A stretch of DNA of 64,000 bases from a bacterium (GTDB lineage: Bacteria; UBA8248; JACPRG01; G963555815): contig CBDHDG010000007.1 of NCBI GenBank assembly GCA_965261595.1, forward strand, positions 672,001-736,000, written 5' to 3'. This document shows, in pieces, positions 51,495-61,706 of the stretch (position 1 is the first letter of the stretch; each line of letters opens with the position of its first letter). The notes beneath the pieces were generated by a model that saw only the letters and a program-made list of their open reading frames with translations, was not told where the DNA came from and did no database searches. The translations under genes were made by a program, and so were the position numbers.

Positions 51495-52048
51495 TTAAAT
51501 ACCAAGTTCCGATGAGGGTGAGTCTTCCGAAGCTTCGCCGTGCTCTTGAGACGTTTATCAGTGAGCCGAGCGGCGGCCTTCGCCCCCTCGCTGTTAGTGC
51601 CGCCTTGATGGACGTGTTGGGAAAGGGGTTCTCGATATTCTCCCGTGTCACTTCTCAGGGCGTGAATGAGTCCGACATCATTTCGGGAGCTCCAGGAGAT
51701 GTCATGTGTTATGACGAGAATGACAACATGGCCATGGCGGTCGAGGTCAAAGATCGGGATTTGACACTTTCCGATGTCAGAAGCTCTACTAGGAAGGCGA
51801 TGGAATCCGTCGATAAATTGTCCAATTTGCTGTTTGCCACCCCAGGCATTCGAGTAGAAGAGCGTGGCCCTATTCACGAATCGATGACGACAGCATGGGC
51901 TTCAGGACTGAATATTTACCAGATCGATGTCATAGAACTCGCTGTCGCGGCATTTATGCTTCTTGGTGAAGAATGGCGTCTCGTGTTTCTACGAGAGATC
52001 GGCAGGGAACTCGACAACAGAGGCGACCACGCGCATCGTCACGAATGA
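51495..52048 (+). pseudogene. C-terminal part of a SacI-like PD-(D/E)xK restriction endonuclease, cut by IS1380
   Basis: D..SGAPGDV.....AVEVKDR motif; frame starts at the IS boundary. Confidence 0.6.
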
Positions 52049-52086
52049 CACGACATTCTATCCAAGCTTGCGGAGGATAACGAAGA

Positions 52087-52272
52087 ATGACCGAAAAAGA
52101 GACACAGAAACCAGAAGTCCGCATGAAACCTCACATCTATCAGCCATCAAAGGCTGAACTGGAAGAGGAAATTAGCATTCCTGCCACGCCAGAGAGCCTT
52201 ATGAAGGCGACCGTTCAGCCTGTCAAGATCGTCTGGGACAAGGATGAAAATTTCCAACTCGACCAGATTTGA
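52087..52272 (+). CDS. Small hypothetical protein
   Basis: GGAGG upstream; YQPSKAELEE motif. Confidence 0.6.
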   Translation: MTEKETQKPEVRMKPHIYQPSKAELEEEISIPATPESLMKATVQPVKIVWDKDENFQLDQI

Positions 52273-52284
52273 ATGGAGGATGTA

Positions 52285-52494
52285 ATGGCAAGCTACTACG
52301 TGAACCAGAACGCACAACCGAATGGAGATCATAAAGTTCACACGACAGGATGTGCTTGGCTGCCGAAGAACGAGAATCGAATTTACCTTGGCGAATTCAT
52401 CTCATGCCACCCCGCGGTTGCTGAAGCACGCAACAAACACTATCGGCAGGTGAATGGATGCGTGCACTGCTCGTCCGCATGTCATACGGGCTAA
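52285..52494 (+). CDS. Small Cys/His-rich hypothetical protein
   Basis: GGAGG RBS; GDHKVH..GC, C..A, GC.HC..CH. Confidence 0.7.
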   Translation: MASYYVNQNAQPNGDHKVHTTGCAWLPKNENRIYLGEFISCHPAVAEARNKHYRQVNGCVHCSSACHTG

Positions 52495-52775
52495 AGCGCG
52501 AGGGCTTTCTTCCAAGCCTCATCTGTTTCTGGCTCTTTTTGGATAAACAGCACCCGCCTATCTTCTAGCTTGATGGCGCCTTTCATCTCTCCATGTCCAC
52601 AGCAACTAAACGTGGTGCGGATCCCTCCGGCATTAAGAGCCGCGACGATTTGGTGAATACAAAAGTCAATACATTGCACACGACCGTTGAGTGGCATGCA
52701 AACCTGATTTTGCAGTGTCTTTTCCCCACCCGGAGAATCGCAATGTTGACAGGCTGCTATGTTACTTTGCGACAT
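52491..52775 (-). CDS. Small Cys-rich hypothetical protein
   Basis: AAGGGA RBS; ID.CI..IV.ALN.GGI.T..SCCGHG. Confidence 0.65.
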   Translation of the reverse strand: MSQSNIAACQHCDSPGGEKTLQNQVCMPLNGRVQCIDFCIHQIVAALNAGGIRTTFSCCGHGEMKGAIKLEDRRVLFIQKEPETDEAWKKALAL

Positions 52776-52834
52776 AATTCCCTTTCTTTTATTACTTCTT
52801 ACATCTTTAATAGCATGGCGTTCGCTTTGCGATT

Positions 52835-52921
52835 CGGGTTCGTCGTCACGCCTGAGACGAATCCGCGCTCGAGCGCCTGCTCGATCTCCGAAAGGTTCGC
52901 GGAGTCCACGAAAATTTTCAT
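52835..52921 (-). pseudogene. Transaldolase/FSA N-terminal fragment
   Basis: MKIFVDSANLSEI...GVTTNP, then the similarity stops. Confidence 0.75.
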
Positions 52922-53170
52922 CCCGATTCGCTTCCTATCCCATCGGTCAAACGTGAAACCGCTTCCCGGCCCGCCACACGCCTCAATTTACCACCGGACG
53001 GATGATTCCACAATTTCCGAAAATCGCCGCGCGCACCGCGTCTCGGAAAGGTTCAACCCGATATGCGCGATTCTCTGCCCTGGTTTTCTAACCAGCCATT
53101 CGTCGTAGGAAGTTACGAGGAATCAATGTTCTACCGCGGGTTGGTTGACCCTCAGCCCCCCGCCGGCCCG

Positions 53171-54061
53171 TCAGAACAGGCTGGCTAGGGCCCCGCCGCC
53201 CACCGTGAGGATCGCGCCAATCGCCAGACGCGGGGTGACCCGCTCGAGTTGACGAAGGAATAGGACGGATATCAAGACCACAATGAGCGGCGAGGTCTGC
53301 GCGAGCGTCAAGACGATGGAAGCCTGCCCGCCGCCCAGGGCGGAAATGAAGCCGTACATGGCCAGCGTCGCGGATGTCCCCGCCAGGAGGAGCCAGGGGA
53401 TGGACGGCAGGCCGATGCTGAAACGCCGGTCCGCCGTAAACAGAAAGGCCGAGAGCGGAAAAAAAACCAATCCCACCACCGTGCTGGTCCATGCGCCCAG
53501 AAGCGCGGAGGGCAGTTTCGCCATGCCCACCTTGAAAAAGACGGCTGCCACCCCGGCCACCACCCCGGCCAACAGGGGAAATACGGCGTCAACCTTTCTC
53601 CAGGATTTCCCCGCGGCCTCATCCCCCGTTTTCCCGATGCCCTCGGTGGAGATCACCACCACCCCGGCCACGATCAGCGCGATTCCCAGATATTGGAGGG
53701 GGTGGAGACGCTCCCCGAGATAGGGCCAAGCGAAGATCACCGCGAAGATGGGCGCCGAGCCCTTGATGGGTGCGGAACGCGCAACCCCAATCCGCTGCAC
53801 GCCGATAAGGTAAAAAACCAGGAAGAGGTAGGGGTTGAAGAATCCCGCGACCGCGAACCAGAGGAATCCGGAAAGGCTGAGGCCGGAGAATCCGGTCGTG
53901 CCCAGAATCAAGGCCGATAAAAAGACAAACTGGACCGCCATCACCGTGGTGGAAGTCATCATCGGCGTCGCCGTCCGAAGGGCGTTGCGCATCGCGACTT
54001 CCGTCACGGCGAAGAAAAAGGCCGATCCGATGGCCATCGCAATCACGGAGGCGGGCGTCAT
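53171..54061 (-). CDS. EamA/DMT family transporter
   Basis: About 10 TM, two repeats, LGERL. Confidence 0.9.
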   Translation of the reverse strand: MTPASVIAMAIGSAFFFAVTEVAMRNALRTATPMMTSTTVMAVQFVFLSALILGTTGFSGLSLSGFLWFAVAGFFNPYLFLVFYLIGVQRIGVARSAPIKGSAPIFAVIFAWPYLGERLHPLQYLGIALIVAGVVVISTEGIGKTGDEAAGKSWRKVDAVFPLLAGVVAGVAAVFFKVGMAKLPSALLGAWTSTVVGLVFFPLSAFLFTADRRFSIGLPSIPWLLLAGTSATLAMYGFISALGGGQASIVLTLAQTSPLIVVLISVLFLRQLERVTPRLAIGAILTVGGGALASLF

Positions 54062-54279
54062 GATGGAGGCGGAAAGCCCGGCGAAGTCATTGCCGTCACG
54101 CCGAAGCTGAATGAAAGGGGGTCCATAATCATACCGATCCCCAGTGCGCGGTTACCGAGGGGAGGGGTCCACGAAGCGTCTTCGTCACCCCGGGGAACGG
54201 GCCGTCCGCCCATCAAGAGGGCGAGAGGCGGGCTTCTTCAAAGCGCTCAACGCCGCATTTCAAGGCCGGATCGCCTTCT

Positions 54280-55200
54280 TCAGTGGATCACACTCGCCAG
54301 GATCCCCCCGCCCACCGTCAGGATCGCCCCGGCCGCCACCCTCAGCGTGACCCGTTCCAGTCGCCGAAGAAAAAGGACCGAAAGAATCAAGACGAACAGG
54401 GGAGAGGCCTGATTCAAGGTTGTGACCACGGAGACTTGCCCAAGACTGAGGGCGAAAATTAGGGCGTACACGGCCGCGGTGACGGCCACGCCCCCCAGGA
54501 TGAGCCAGGGCAAGGCGGGCGCCTGCAGGCCGAACCGCTCTCCCGGCGGAAAGATGAAGGCCAGGAGGGGAAAGAGCACCAGAGCCACCGTCACGCCGAT
54601 CCAGGCGGCCAGCAGGGGAGAGGGCATTTTCGACAGGCCGATCTTCAGCATCACGGAGGACACACCCGCGGCGCCCCCGGCCAAAATGGGGAAAAGGTAG
54701 TCGATCTTTCTCGGCCGCGAAAGCCCTTGGAACCTGGAAAACCCGGAGAGATCGGTCTCACCGGATGGCTGGACCCAACCTTCCGTGGAGATGATGCCGA
54801 TTCCCCCGATGGCCATCGCGATTCCGACGTATTGGCCGGTCTCCAGCCGCTCGCCCAGGACGAGAAAAGCGCAGACCACGGTGAAGACGGGACTCATTCC
54901 CTTGAGGGGGGCCGAGCGGGCGACCCCGATTCGTTGAAAGCCGATTAGATAAAACACCAGGAACAGGACGGGATTCAAAACGCCCGTGACGGCGAACCAG
55001 ATCACCCCGGCCGGATTCAATCGGGAGAACGTCCCCGCCGCGAGGATAACGGTCGTGTAGAGCACCCACTGGACGGCCACGGTCACCAAGGAGGCCGTGA
55101 TCAGCGTCGTGAACGGAAGCGCTTTCTTCATGCAGATATCGGCCAGGGCGAAGAACAGGGCGGCGCCCAGGACGGCCAGGACCGCGGTTGCGGGGGTCAA
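54280..55200 (-). CDS. EamA/DMT family transporter (paralog)
   Basis: Collinear with 53171-54061 (QRIGVARSAP, FLR.LERVT). Confidence 0.9.
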   Translation of the reverse strand: MTPATAVLAVLGAALFFALADICMKKALPFTTLITASLVTVAVQWVLYTTVILAAGTFSRLNPAGVIWFAVTGVLNPVLFLVFYLIGFQRIGVARSAPLKGMSPVFTVVCAFLVLGERLETGQYVGIAMAIGGIGIISTEGWVQPSGETDLSGFSRFQGLSRPRKIDYLFPILAGGAAGVSSVMLKIGLSKMPSPLLAAWIGVTVALVLFPLLAFIFPPGERFGLQAPALPWLILGGVAVTAAVYALIFALSLGQVSVVTTLNQASPLFVLILSVLFLRRLERVTLRVAAGAILTVGGGILASVIH

Positions 55201-55261
55201 GATGGGGCCGAAAGATTAGAAGCGATAGACATGCGGTTCTCATCCCAGCTCAAAGGGTTTC

Positions 55262-56278
55262 TCACCCGTTTTCCGTCAGCGCGGCGTCGATGCCGAACAA
55301 TTTCCCGGGTGTCTCCGTCAGGATGGCCCGCCGGTCCGCGTCGGAGAGGCGCTCGCAATCGTTAACGGCGGCCAGGCACTCGCGCAGGTTTTGCTCGCCG
55401 AAGAACGGGCTGTCCGTGCCGAAGACGATCTTCTCCACACCGGCGAAGCCGACGCCGAACGCGAGGACCTCCGGCTCATAGGCGATCGTGTCCAGGTAAA
55501 ACATCCGGAAGTAATCCCTGGCGTCTCCCGAGATTTTCTTCTCGATCCCCTCGAACGAATCGGACCCGCTCGCGAGGCGTCCGGCGAGGAAGGGCAGCGC
55601 CCCCCCCAGGTGGGAGAGGATGAGTCTCAGGTTGGAATGGCGCTCCAGAACGCCGCTGAAGACCAAGCGGGCCGCCGCGAGGGTGGTGTCCACGGGGAAG
55701 CCCAGGAGGATGTCCAGGCGGTAGTCCCGCATCCGCTCCCGCCCGGCGGGGAGGATGGGGTGCACGTACGCCGGAACGTCCGCCTCGCTCAGGGCCGCGA
55801 AGAAATCTTCGAAAGGTTCTTCGTCGAGGTCCCGGTCCCGGATGTTCGAGCCCAGCAGGCACCCCCGCATGTCCAGATCCTTGACGGCGCGCTCCAGCTC
55901 CCGGATGGCCGAGGGCGGGTCCTGCAGCGGCAGAGCGGCCAGGGCTACGAATCGGTCCGGGTGCGCCCGGACAACCGCGGCCAGGGTGTCGTTGAAGACT
56001 TGACAGAGCGCCCGCCCCAGGTCCGGGTCGGCCCAGAAGACCATCGGCGGCGCGATGGAGAGGACCTGGAAGTCCACCCCCGCGGCATCCATCTCGGCCA
56101 GACGGATGTCCACGTCGTAAAATCCCGGAAAGAAGGTGAAGAACTCCCGGTTGTCGAAGAGGAGGATGCGCAGGCCCTCCGCGTTCCGGCCGATCCGGAC
56201 GGGATACTTGTCCCCTTGGGCCTCGATGAGGTCCAGGAAAGCCTCGGGATACAAATGCGCGTGCGTGTCGATGATCAC
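55262..56278 (-). CDS. Amidohydrolase-2 family (ACMSD-like) protein
   Basis: IDTHAH, VHP, SHLGGALP, FGTD.PF. Confidence 0.9.
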   Translation of the reverse strand: MIIDTHAHLYPEAFLDLIEAQGDKYPVRIGRNAEGLRILLFDNREFFTFFPGFYDVDIRLAEMDAAGVDFQVLSIAPPMVFWADPDLGRALCQVFNDTLAAVVRAHPDRFVALAALPLQDPPSAIRELERAVKDLDMRGCLLGSNIRDRDLDEEPFEDFFAALSEADVPAYVHPILPAGRERMRDYRLDILLGFPVDTTLAAARLVFSGVLERHSNLRLILSHLGGALPFLAGRLASGSDSFEGIEKKISGDARDYFRMFYLDTIAYEPEVLAFGVGFAGVEKIVFGTDSPFFGEQNLRECLAAVNDCERLSDADRRAILTETPGKLFGIDAALTENG

Positions 56279-56578
56279 GGTTAAAACCTCAAAGAGGAAA
56301 TAATAAAACCCTTGGAGGACATCACAATGTACGTGATCCGCGCGGTGCGGCAGTCATTCGGCGATTAGGCCCCACCGCGCGTGGGCCGGCATGCCATGCA
56401 TCCCCGCACCCACGGCGGTTGAGGGCGGCGTTATTGGATTCGGTGATCAGGATCAACCATCGGAGAAAAACTCCACAGGATTATCGTCTTGACGAAGGAC
56501 ACCAGCCCTGATATTAGCGGGGCATGGAAAGAGTATACACAACAACGCCTCATGGAGATTTAGTATAGGGGGTTCTAT

Positions 56579-56662
56579 TGCCATGATTTCCAGGACAACC
56601 AAGTTCGCCTGCAGCTGCCTGCTTTGTCTTACAACCCGGCCAACCTCCTACGGTGGTTGCCG
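56579..56662 (+). mobile_element. IS1380 transposase fragment
   Basis: CHDFQDNQVRLQL.AL.YN.AN.LR matches the C-terminus of 49092-50438. Confidence 0.7.
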
Positions 56663-56930
56663 GCTCTGATGCCGAACATCGGATAACGGAGCCGATGCCT
56701 GGAAGCTTTGAGACGTGATGGAGGCGGGCGGATCAGTCTGTGCTGACCCGTGGTCGGGGCGCATGAAGGGCGAGAATTGCTAAGGAATTGTGACCCGTGA
56801 TGGCCCCCAGCCATACAAATGAACTGAAGATTCCCGAAAGGTCTTGACATGGTGCGCAACGTGTGGCCCGATAGAAGACAGTCTTGTCAGGACTGCGGTT
56901 CTGTAGCTTACCTGGAAAATCCCGGCTTGT

Positions 56931-58270
56931 CATGAAATCCAGTAGAATCTTTCACATCTTATGGCTGTTATTAACCATTCTTATGGTGCCCTTGTTGTTC
57001 CATAACAGCAGTGAGCACGATATTCTTCATTATTCTTATGCCTACTTCATGTTTGATCCTGTTCAGTTTGCTTTTTTATGGGTTCATCTCATGGTTGAGA
57101 TTTGCTCCCGCGAACCTGACGCGAACTGTTTTTCTAAGATTGACATTCAATCCGGTTACTCTCCTTCTCTTTGGTGTGTTAAGCGCGTTGGTCGGCGGTG
57201 AGATCATCTTGCAAATTCACGATTTTGGGTATGTCCTTCCATCCGCATTTATCCGAAATGGAGGTTGTCCTTCGCGGAAGCCGCATTCAGAAGTCATTTA
57301 TCAAGGAATCCCGGTTCGCCGTCGTGAATATACTGTCCACCTGGAGTACAACGGTGCGGGGTGGCATGATTGGGACTATCCCTTAAGCCCCGCCCCGAAG
57401 GTCACACGCATTGCCTTCCTGGGAGATTTCTGGGTTCGAGGCCAAACAGGTTGAAGCTCACAATAATATTTTACAGGCTCCTGAGCGGAAACTCAACCAA
57501 ACGCTCTCGGGAAAGTATAAGGTTTTGGCCTTTGGAAGGGGGGGACTTCTCCAAGATTTCACCTAAAGGTGCTTCAAGATCAAGTCATTAACTATGCTCC
57601 TGACCTCGTCATCGAGATCTTTTTTCCGGACAATGATGTCTACGATGAACATCCGGAGCATGCCGGTGGCAGCGAATGGCTGGAAATCGCCCATGGCAAG
57701 CGGGAGTTTTGGAGACCGTCGGTACTTTACTTCTATCTTGAGGCTAGTTTGTTGGAAAAGGGATATAACCTCATTCCATTTTTGGGTCAAAACATTCGCA
57801 CCTTTATACACCGATTCGGAGCCTTGAATAAGAGCAATTACGTTTATGTTGAGCACCTAAGAAAAGTAAAAAATAGGATCTGGTGGAAAGAGGCCTGGGA
57901 TTCGACGTTCAAAAATCTATTACAGATGAATAGTATAGCCAAGGGGAAAGGAGCCGAGTTCGGAATCATTGGGATTCCGAAAGGCCCACTTATGATCGAC
58001 GCTTATCGGCCCAATAAGTCTGAACCGCTGAGATCGTTGTTGGAAAAGGTGCAAGGGAAGGATGGAGTTGCTCTCAATTTCCGTTATCCCATGGCCCGGA
58101 CCCGTGCCTTCGCCAGAGAGAATGGGATCCGTTTTTACGATTTCGCCGAGGTGCTGGCACTTAAGGAAAGGGAGCAAGTTCTCAATATGTACGGGGATCA
58201 CTGGACGCCGCGAGGGCATCAGGAATTTGCAAAATTCCTCTACAACAAGCTCTTGCCTCTGCTCCGATGA
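56931..58270 (+). pseudogene. Membrane-anchored SGNH/GDSL hydrolase-like gene with several frameshifts
   Basis: RIAFLGD, PDLVI..F..ND, DHWTPRGH spread over at least three frames; lower GC. Confidence 0.7.
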
Positions 58271-58871
58271 TCCAAGTAAGGGAAAATTTAATTCCATACG
58301 GACGTGATCCTGGGCGGTCGCTTCGACATGGGGAGGCCACTTTTGTTTGGAGGGGGTGGAACACCATGGACGCACCCCATCCTTGGGTCACCCCGTGGAT
58401 TGGCCTTGATTTTTTTGCAGGCGAATCTCGCATACAATTTTTGGAGCGGTTCATCGACAGCCGATTGAAAGTGTTCGAGCGCCGCCGCCGGAATTTCCGC
58501 CGACTCTATGAAGGGTTGAGGGGGCTTACGGAGTATTTGGTTCCGCCCGAGTGGAGCCCCCGAAGGCGAATCCGTCCTGGTTCGCCTTCCCCCTCACCCC
58601 GCAGGAGGGGCTGGAGCGCAGCCCCTTGATCGCGTTCCTGGAGGGCCGGAAGATCGAGACGCGGCTGCTCTTCGCGGGCAACGCAGCCCGCCAACCCGCT
58701 TTCCGCGGCGAGCCGATCCGCGCGCCGTTCCCGTTGAAGGTCTTCGACGCCGTTCCGGAGCGCTCGTTCTTCGTGGGGATCTTTCCCGGTCTGACCGATC
58801 CGATGCCGGATGACATGATCGAATCGTTTCGCCGACCTGCCCCGCGGAGCGCCGGAGGCCGTTCCGGATAG
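58267..58871 (+). pseudogene. RfbH/DdhC-like (DegT family) remnant
   Basis: RRRNF..L, PSWFAFPLT, IETRLLFAGN..RQPAF, FFVGIFPGL; most of the middle missing, frameshifted. Confidence 0.7.
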
Positions 58872-58893
58872 CGCGGACGAAGAGTCCGGGTTC

Positions 58894-60534
58894 ATGAGAG
58901 GCGGAATCCGACGCCTGTTCTTTTGCATCGCCCTGCTCCGATGGCTCGCCCTCGCCGGCCCGGCCGCCGCCCCGGCGCAATCCGCCGCCTCCGGATGGCT
59001 CGACGTGCTTCACAATGCGGACCCCGCGTCCGTATCGAAGCTGCGGGCGCTCGGCGAAAGGCTCGATCCGGCGAACATCTCCGGCCTGTTCGAAATCGTG
59101 GACTCCATCCGCCGGGGTAATTTCCGGATTCCCGAGAGGCAGGTGCCCAACCCCTACATCGGGCTCTACTTTCCCGGCCTGGCCGCCGCCCGAGATCCCC
59201 GCGTGACGGCCCTCAACGCCTTCCGGCGGACCCGGGAAATATGGGGGCGGCGGATCTATTCCGCCTCCGCATATACGTCCCTGAAGTGGCGCGTCGAGAA
59301 GATGATCAAACGGAAGCGCGACCCCTATGTTCCGAGCGCCCGCATCCGGATCGCCGACAGGTTGCCCGGCGAGGGCCCCCTGATGGAATTGAAAGCCGGG
59401 ATGAGGCGCAAGGAGGAGAAACTCTTCGATTCGTGGTTTCGAAGCAGACCCGACCTGGTCCGCGGGCTCCGTGACGGCGGATATCTGAGGACCGAGGCCG
59501 GGGGGGGGGTGGCGCTCGGCCACACCCGGGCGGACGCCCGAAAGCTGTTCGACCACTTCCTCGTTCGGATCACGAATCTGCCCCTGAACCAGGCCGTGGT
59601 CGCCCGGAAATACCAGAAATTCCATGTCCCCCGAATCCGGCGCGGGCTGCGCCGGAAAAGCGGGGCGGCGGCGGCGCGGTTCATCCAAGGGGCGAAGGCC
59701 GCCGCGGAATGGGCGGTCAGGCAAATCGATGTGGTCCCCGAGGCATTGTGGCTGGAGGTTCGCGCCTGTGGGCCGGTTCTCCAAACGGACGGGGTCTGCG
59801 CACGATACGCCTACGCCGTCATGCCCGGTGTCCGGCATGGGATTTCCATCAGGTTCACGAGGAATCAGGGCGAGATCCTCTCGGAGAAACGGGTTGAAAA
59901 CCTCGCCGGCCGGCCGGGCCGGGAAGTCCGGGAATTACGCCTGCCCGGCGTGCGCCTGCCCGGGCGGTACGTCGTCTCATTGACCGTTTGGACCCTCTCC
60001 GGGAAATCCGCGAAAATATCCAGGGGGTTCGACATCGGCGGTCCGCGCGAGACCAACGCCCAACTGGTGAAAACGCTGCAAGCGCTTTCCCGCGACGCCG
60101 ACGCGCGGCGCAAGCGCGCCTGGGAGGAAATCAAGGCCCTGTCCGAACAAAACAGGCGGCTTGGCCGGGAAAGGGAGGCGTTGATCCAGGCCCTTCATGC
60201 GGACAAGCAATCGTTGGATGAGATGAAGGCCGGGCTTGCGAAAGACAAACAGGCGGGCCGTGAACACAACAAGCGGGCACTCGCCATCAACGAGAAGGTG
60301 AAGGGTCTGCGGGAATTGCAGGCCCTCAGAGGAGAGATGAAGGCTGAGGCGGAAACGCTTGGAAAATCGCTGGACCGGTACAGAACCCTGACCCAGGGCC
60401 TCACGGACACCCTTCGGAAGAAAGACCTGGACGCCGCCCTCCACATGGCCCTCCGCTCCGCGGTGACCCGGGACCTCGGTTATTACGGCCGCCTTAAGAA
60501 TCTTCAGGATCGAAGATCGCCGCGGGGACGCTGA
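58894..60534 (+). CDS. Secreted hypothetical protein with C-terminal coiled coil
   Basis: 546-aa ORF, signal peptide, basic composition. Confidence 0.65.
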   Translation: MRGGIRRLFFCIALLRWLALAGPAAAPAQSAASGWLDVLHNADPASVSKLRALGERLDPANISGLFEIVDSIRRGNFRIPERQVPNPYIGLYFPGLAAARDPRVTALNAFRRTREIWGRRIYSASAYTSLKWRVEKMIKRKRDPYVPSARIRIADRLPGEGPLMELKAGMRRKEEKLFDSWFRSRPDLVRGLRDGGYLRTEAGGGVALGHTRADARKLFDHFLVRITNLPLNQAVVARKYQKFHVPRIRRGLRRKSGAAAARFIQGAKAAAEWAVRQIDVVPEALWLEVRACGPVLQTDGVCARYAYAVMPGVRHGISIRFTRNQGEILSEKRVENLAGRPGREVRELRLPGVRLPGRYVVSLTVWTLSGKSAKISRGFDIGGPRETNAQLVKTLQALSRDADARRKRAWEEIKALSEQNRRLGREREALIQALHADKQSLDEMKAGLAKDKQAGREHNKRALAINEKVKGLRELQALRGEMKAEAETLGKSLDRYRTLTQGLTDTLRKKDLDAALHMALRSAVTRDLGYYGRLKNLQDRRSPRGR

Positions 60535-60685
60535 GCGGAGGACGTCCGGTTCCGGCGCGGGACTCCCCCCTCCCGCTTCTTGTCATTCGGCCCGGCTCGA
60601 AAGGGCATCGACGGACGATTCCGTTGGGTTTACAATTTGTGGCGCGGCCGGACGTTCACGCCGCACCGCGTCACCAGGGAAAGCG

Positions 60686-61411
60686 ATGGACCCGAGAATC
60701 GAACAGAAATTCGCCGCACTCGAAGATTCCTACTGGTGGTATGTGGGGAAGTCCCGGATTGTTCGGGAATGGGCCGATTCGTGCGGGAGGGTTCTCGACC
60801 TGGGGTGCGGGACGGGAGCGCTCTTCCAACAGATCGCCCGCCAGGCCCGGGCCGTCTTCGGGATTGATTTCTCCGAAGTCGCCATCGCCGGCTCCAGGAA
60901 GCGGGTTCCCGATGCGGGTCTCTCCCGCGCGTCGGTGATGGATCTTCCCTTCCGGAAATCTTCTTTCGACACCCTGGTGGCTTCGGAGATCCTCGAGCAC
61001 CTCCCGGACGACCGGAAGGCCCTCTCTGAATGGCGGCGGGTCCTCAAACCCGAAGGCCGGCTCGTCGCGACGGTTCCGGCGCACCCCCACCTGTGGGGGC
61101 ATCATGACGAGCTCTGCCATCATGAGCGGCGCTACCGGAAATCGGAGCTCGGCGGGAAACTCTCAGAGGCCGGGTTCCGCGTCGATCGGCTGAGCTATAC
61201 GTTCTCGTACCTCTACCCGGTGATGGCGGCGCTGCGCCCGCTGAGGAGAGATGTGAAGGAATCCAAAGCCCGGCTCCACGACGATTTCCTCCCGGTTCCG
61301 GCCGCTGTGAACTGGGCCCTGATCCGTCTCTCGGCCCTCGAGGCCCGCTGGCTCCGAAAGGCCTCCCTCCCTTTCGGCGCGTCACTGATCGCCTTGGCGC
61401 GAAAAGCTTAA
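60686..61411 (+). CDS. Class I SAM-dependent methyltransferase
   Basis: VLDLGCGTG, LEHL.DD, LKP.G, H.RRY. Confidence 0.9.
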   Translation: MDPRIEQKFAALEDSYWWYVGKSRIVREWADSCGRVLDLGCGTGALFQQIARQARAVFGIDFSEVAIAGSRKRVPDAGLSRASVMDLPFRKSSFDTLVASEILEHLPDDRKALSEWRRVLKPEGRLVATVPAHPHLWGHHDELCHHERRYRKSELGGKLSEAGFRVDRLSYTFSYLYPVMAALRPLRRDVKESKARLHDDFLPVPAAVNWALIRLSALEARWLRKASLPFGASLIALARKA

Positions 61412-61650
61412 AACAGCAGGGGGGCGCTTGCGCGCCGGCCATGAGGCGGTTGGAGGGGGTTGTGCTTATGACAACCCTTCTGGCGCGCGGATCTCCGATG
61501 GGCTAGCGTGGTAAGTCGGCAGTCTGTGGAAAGTGGACGCCTCCCCTGTTTTCCAATTAGCAAGTAGGTCCTTTGGCCGCGCCATTCAGACACCCGGAGT
61601 GTAGACACTCCTCCAAGCGTGGGTAAGGCCAAGCCATCGGCTTGGCCGCA

Positions 61651-61700
61651 AAAAGTTTTCGAGGGGGGTCGGGGGGACAGTTTTCAAAATGTCCCCCCGG
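61651..61700. repeat. Intergenic palindromic repeat (copy 2)
   Basis: Matches 11444-11510. Confidence 0.7.
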
Positions 61701-61706
61701 GGACTT

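Noticed and set aside
40150..52900. Classical integron
   Set aside because: No IntI gene and no complete attC (RYYYAAC...GTTRRRY with paired arms) recognised.
61420..61640. Retron msr/msd
   Set aside because: No reverse transcriptase in the window.
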